A DNA stretch of 60,998 bases, counting the filler. It is 8 parts of 8 records of this genome, joined end to end, with 100 filler letters (N's around TTAATTAATTAA, not from the genome) between each part and the next. Parts side by side here need not be neighbours in the genome. Positions count along the whole stretch, not along the records: positions 50,945 to 60,998 come from SRR7504441_2799; 7 more parts are not named here. One strand, written 5' to 3'. Of this stretch, positions 58,499 through 60,998 are shown piece after piece; within the stretch, counting starts at the first letter, position 1; each line of letters opens with the position of its first letter. The position numbers and the translations under genes were made by a program. Below the pieces are notes generated by a model. The model searched no databases and was not told the DNA's origin. It worked only from the letters and a program-made list of their open reading frames with translations.

Positions 58499-60998
58499 CT
58501 ACAATTGCTCGAGATTCATAGAGTCTAACCGCTCGCTTGCAAACGTTGTAAAATTCGGCTCGCTTGCCACATTCGGGGAACTGAATGTACTTGATTCCCG
58601 TGTCATCTCGCCATCCACGGGCTCCGAGCCGGTGGGTTTGCGGATGCAACACTGGACCGGGACATCTATAGTCTCCGGCACCGGAAGAGACAAATGCACG
58701 AATACCACCATCCACGCGAAAAGCATTGGTGCCACCATAGTGAAGTAGCCAGCACGGCTGTACAAGTTCTCCTCTACGATGAGCTCATGCACGCGGTCTT
58801 CGCTCAGCTCTTCATAAGCGACCATCTTGATGAATGAGTCGTACAATTTGTTCTTGCACTGATCGTTCCATATCAGAATTATGAAAAGATAAAGTGACCC
58901 GAGAAAGAAGGAAATGGCAACCGCGTATGTCTTTGCAGCTCGAGAATCAGAGAGATACAACACCCTTATATCAATCAAGAAGCAAAGGAGAACTTGACCG
59001 ATGACACAAAGAACTGATGTGCTCAAGAAGATGATAGATGCAATTGCACAGGCCTTGCAAACGTCTGCGGCTTCGTATCCGAGGTAGCAAATGTCGCTAC
59101 CATCCCAGAGACCATCCTGGCATTGAATGTACTCGACGCTACAAAACTGACTTTGACAGCCCCGGTCCACTTGGTCTTGAAGCCAGGGACAATAATTACC
59201 AGTGCACATCGTTGATGTGTCGACACCAACAAGGTCTGGCGGACACTGCACCCCAGTCCAACTGATGCCTGTAAATCCTATTTTAATATTGGTCATTGGC
59301 TGCCAGCCTGGGTTGTTGTATTGCGGCAACCAATAGTCTTCGCACCAAACATCAGTGTCCACAGTCATTTCCATCCCGACAGGTGCTATAACCTCCCTTA
59401 GCTGGAATGCTCCCCAATGCATTATAATCAATGCGATACAATAGCCCGCACAGAGCGCGTGCAGCACGAATAAAGGAATTCGCAGATGATGTCGGTTGCA
59501 TCCAACCATCCAAAAGCCCGTCCGGCCCAACACCTCGAAGAAACGCCAGTCCCAGCAGCTCTGGTTGCGCTCCACTTCACTCTCATCTTCCGGAATCTCG
59601 GCATCAGAAGCAACTCCCAAAATTGGCCAGAGCCGGGCCAGCATGCGCTTGTCTTCCAGAACCTCTCGGTGGCCACATCCAGGTAATTCGTACAGCGAGA
59701 AGTCACAGCTGCCCCTCCATTTCCCAACAACCCTCAGAGAGTGGTAGGGCACCACCCCGTCGCCGCTCCGGTGCAACAACTCTGCAGTGTCTGGTCGCCG
59801 CTGCACTGTTTCCTTGGTCTCCCAGCCTAATCCCTGGCCACTCGTAACACCGTCTGCATCGGCCCAATGGTCCAAAACAAAGGGTGATTCTGTCTTGGGC
59901 TGTAGCCCACCACTGTGGTACGGAGTCCTGTGCTTCAAGAACCAAGTTCGGACAGTTGGGCTGTTGATGCCATAAAACGCAGTCACCTTTGCCACCGGTG
60001 GTGGCGAAGACATGTCCAACACAGTGTTGTCCGGACCTGGTACTTTGAATGCACTCGAATCGTGTCTGTATAGCCCAATGTATTCCTGCAGCGCGAGCTG
60101 CGAGGCTGGAGCCCAGTGCTTGGCCCTGGTGTAAAGGCTTTTACACGTAAAATGTTCAAGGTCGTGTCCTGCAGAATGAGCGCACAGTGGATGACCGTTG
60201 GCAGGAGAATCAGAGGATTCCTCCAGACAGAAATCCTTGTAAGTGGCTACCTGTATGACAAGATCAAGAGTCGCGACAGGCGCAGCCTGCATCGTCTCTT
60301 CTGGAGTGTCGCGAATCTTCTGGATCGTCTCTTCTGCAGCATGTTTCAGCCTTTCGCGCAAATTCTCGGGCCTGTACAGCGCAACACTAACGACCGTCCG
60401 AGATCCTTTTTGGCTAATGTCGTCCTCTAAGGTGATTTCGGTTTCGCCACGACAGCGCAATTTTTCCTTTTCTGTACTGATTCTGATTGCCAAATTCGCC
60501 TCGGTCAGATCATCGTCACGGCCAACAGCAAACGTAATGGACTCCACATACGGCTTTGCCTCGTGAAAGGCAAAGTCCTGCCTGCACGTAGCCTTGGTAC
60601 CACCGATCCTGCGATCGCCAACCCCTCTGATTCCGCCAATGCTCAGCTGCAACTGCCCGTTCGGCTCCGGATCTTGGCCGTCCATCCAGGTGAGCTTCCC
60701 AATCCTCACCTTGATGTACTGCTCGCGTCGCACGTAAACAAACGCCATGTCCAACCCATCGTCCCAGGCCCCAGTCGGCTGCAGCAGCCGAAATGAAGGC
60801 CACGACCGGCAGAGAGTTAGCAACTGCGACTGAGTAAACATCTGCAGCCCACAATCAGTCATGACAACGAACCCAACTGGCACGCACCATGTCTATAAAT
60901 TGGCCAGTCTCGCCATCAACTACCGTATTGCGAAGGATGTCTACACTGCCCAGAAACGGCCCACCCAGCGGCACAAAGTGCTCTATATGTGCTGCCAT
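58499..60998 (-). CDS. LCAT/PDAT-family alpha/beta-hydrolase acyltransferase fused to a beta-rich insert and a C-terminal ~4-TM domain; 5' end outside the window
   Basis: HIEHFVPLGGPFLGS (edge exon; intron 60842-60887), AFYGINSPT, SGDGVVPYHSL (catalytic Asp) and GHREVL (catalytic His), followed by hydrophobic helices flanking a Cys-rich loop. Confidence 0.8.

Noticed and set aside
1-60998. CRISPR arrays, transposases, integrases, rRNA genes
   Set aside because: None seen; the short 18S match at 10392-10406 is a snoRNA guide, not an rRNA fragment.

Overview
Eukaryotic (protist-like) genomic DNA, not prokaryotic. It is eight contigs joined by artificial 100-nt spacers (N44-TTAATTAATTAA-N44), so adjacency across spacers means nothing. 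The DNA is gene-dense, with very short spliceosomal introns (about 28-57 nt, GT-AG plus at least one GC-AG), many head-to-head gene pairs 50-250 bp apart, and GC-rich 5' ends that decay to roughly 50% GC in long gene bodies. Recognisable genes: a very large Piezo-like channel, an Sfi1-like repeat protein, an AT-less modular type I PKS fragment, NOG2, a Sec7 ArfGEF, a TPR/GT41 OGT-like gene that lacks part of its catalytic domain, a GH18-like hydrolase, a sterol desaturase/methylsterol oxidase, a GxGYxYP-family protein, NDUFAF8, a UDP-glucose dehydrogenase, an LKB1/STK11 kinase, tRNA-Gln(CUG), an ankyrin protein, a PPEF phosphatase with neighbouring EF-hand genes, a giant split STE-type kinase and an LCAT/PDAT-family fusion. 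Best discoveries: (1) a Nup98/Nup145-type autoprotease-like (peptidase S59) domain inserted between KS and ACP of the PKS; (2) an intron-encoded box C/D snoRNA with a 15-nt 18S rRNA guide in an apparently non-coding host gene; (3) a kinase domain split by an insert of about 375 aa. All family calls come from motifs recognised by eye; no database searches were run.
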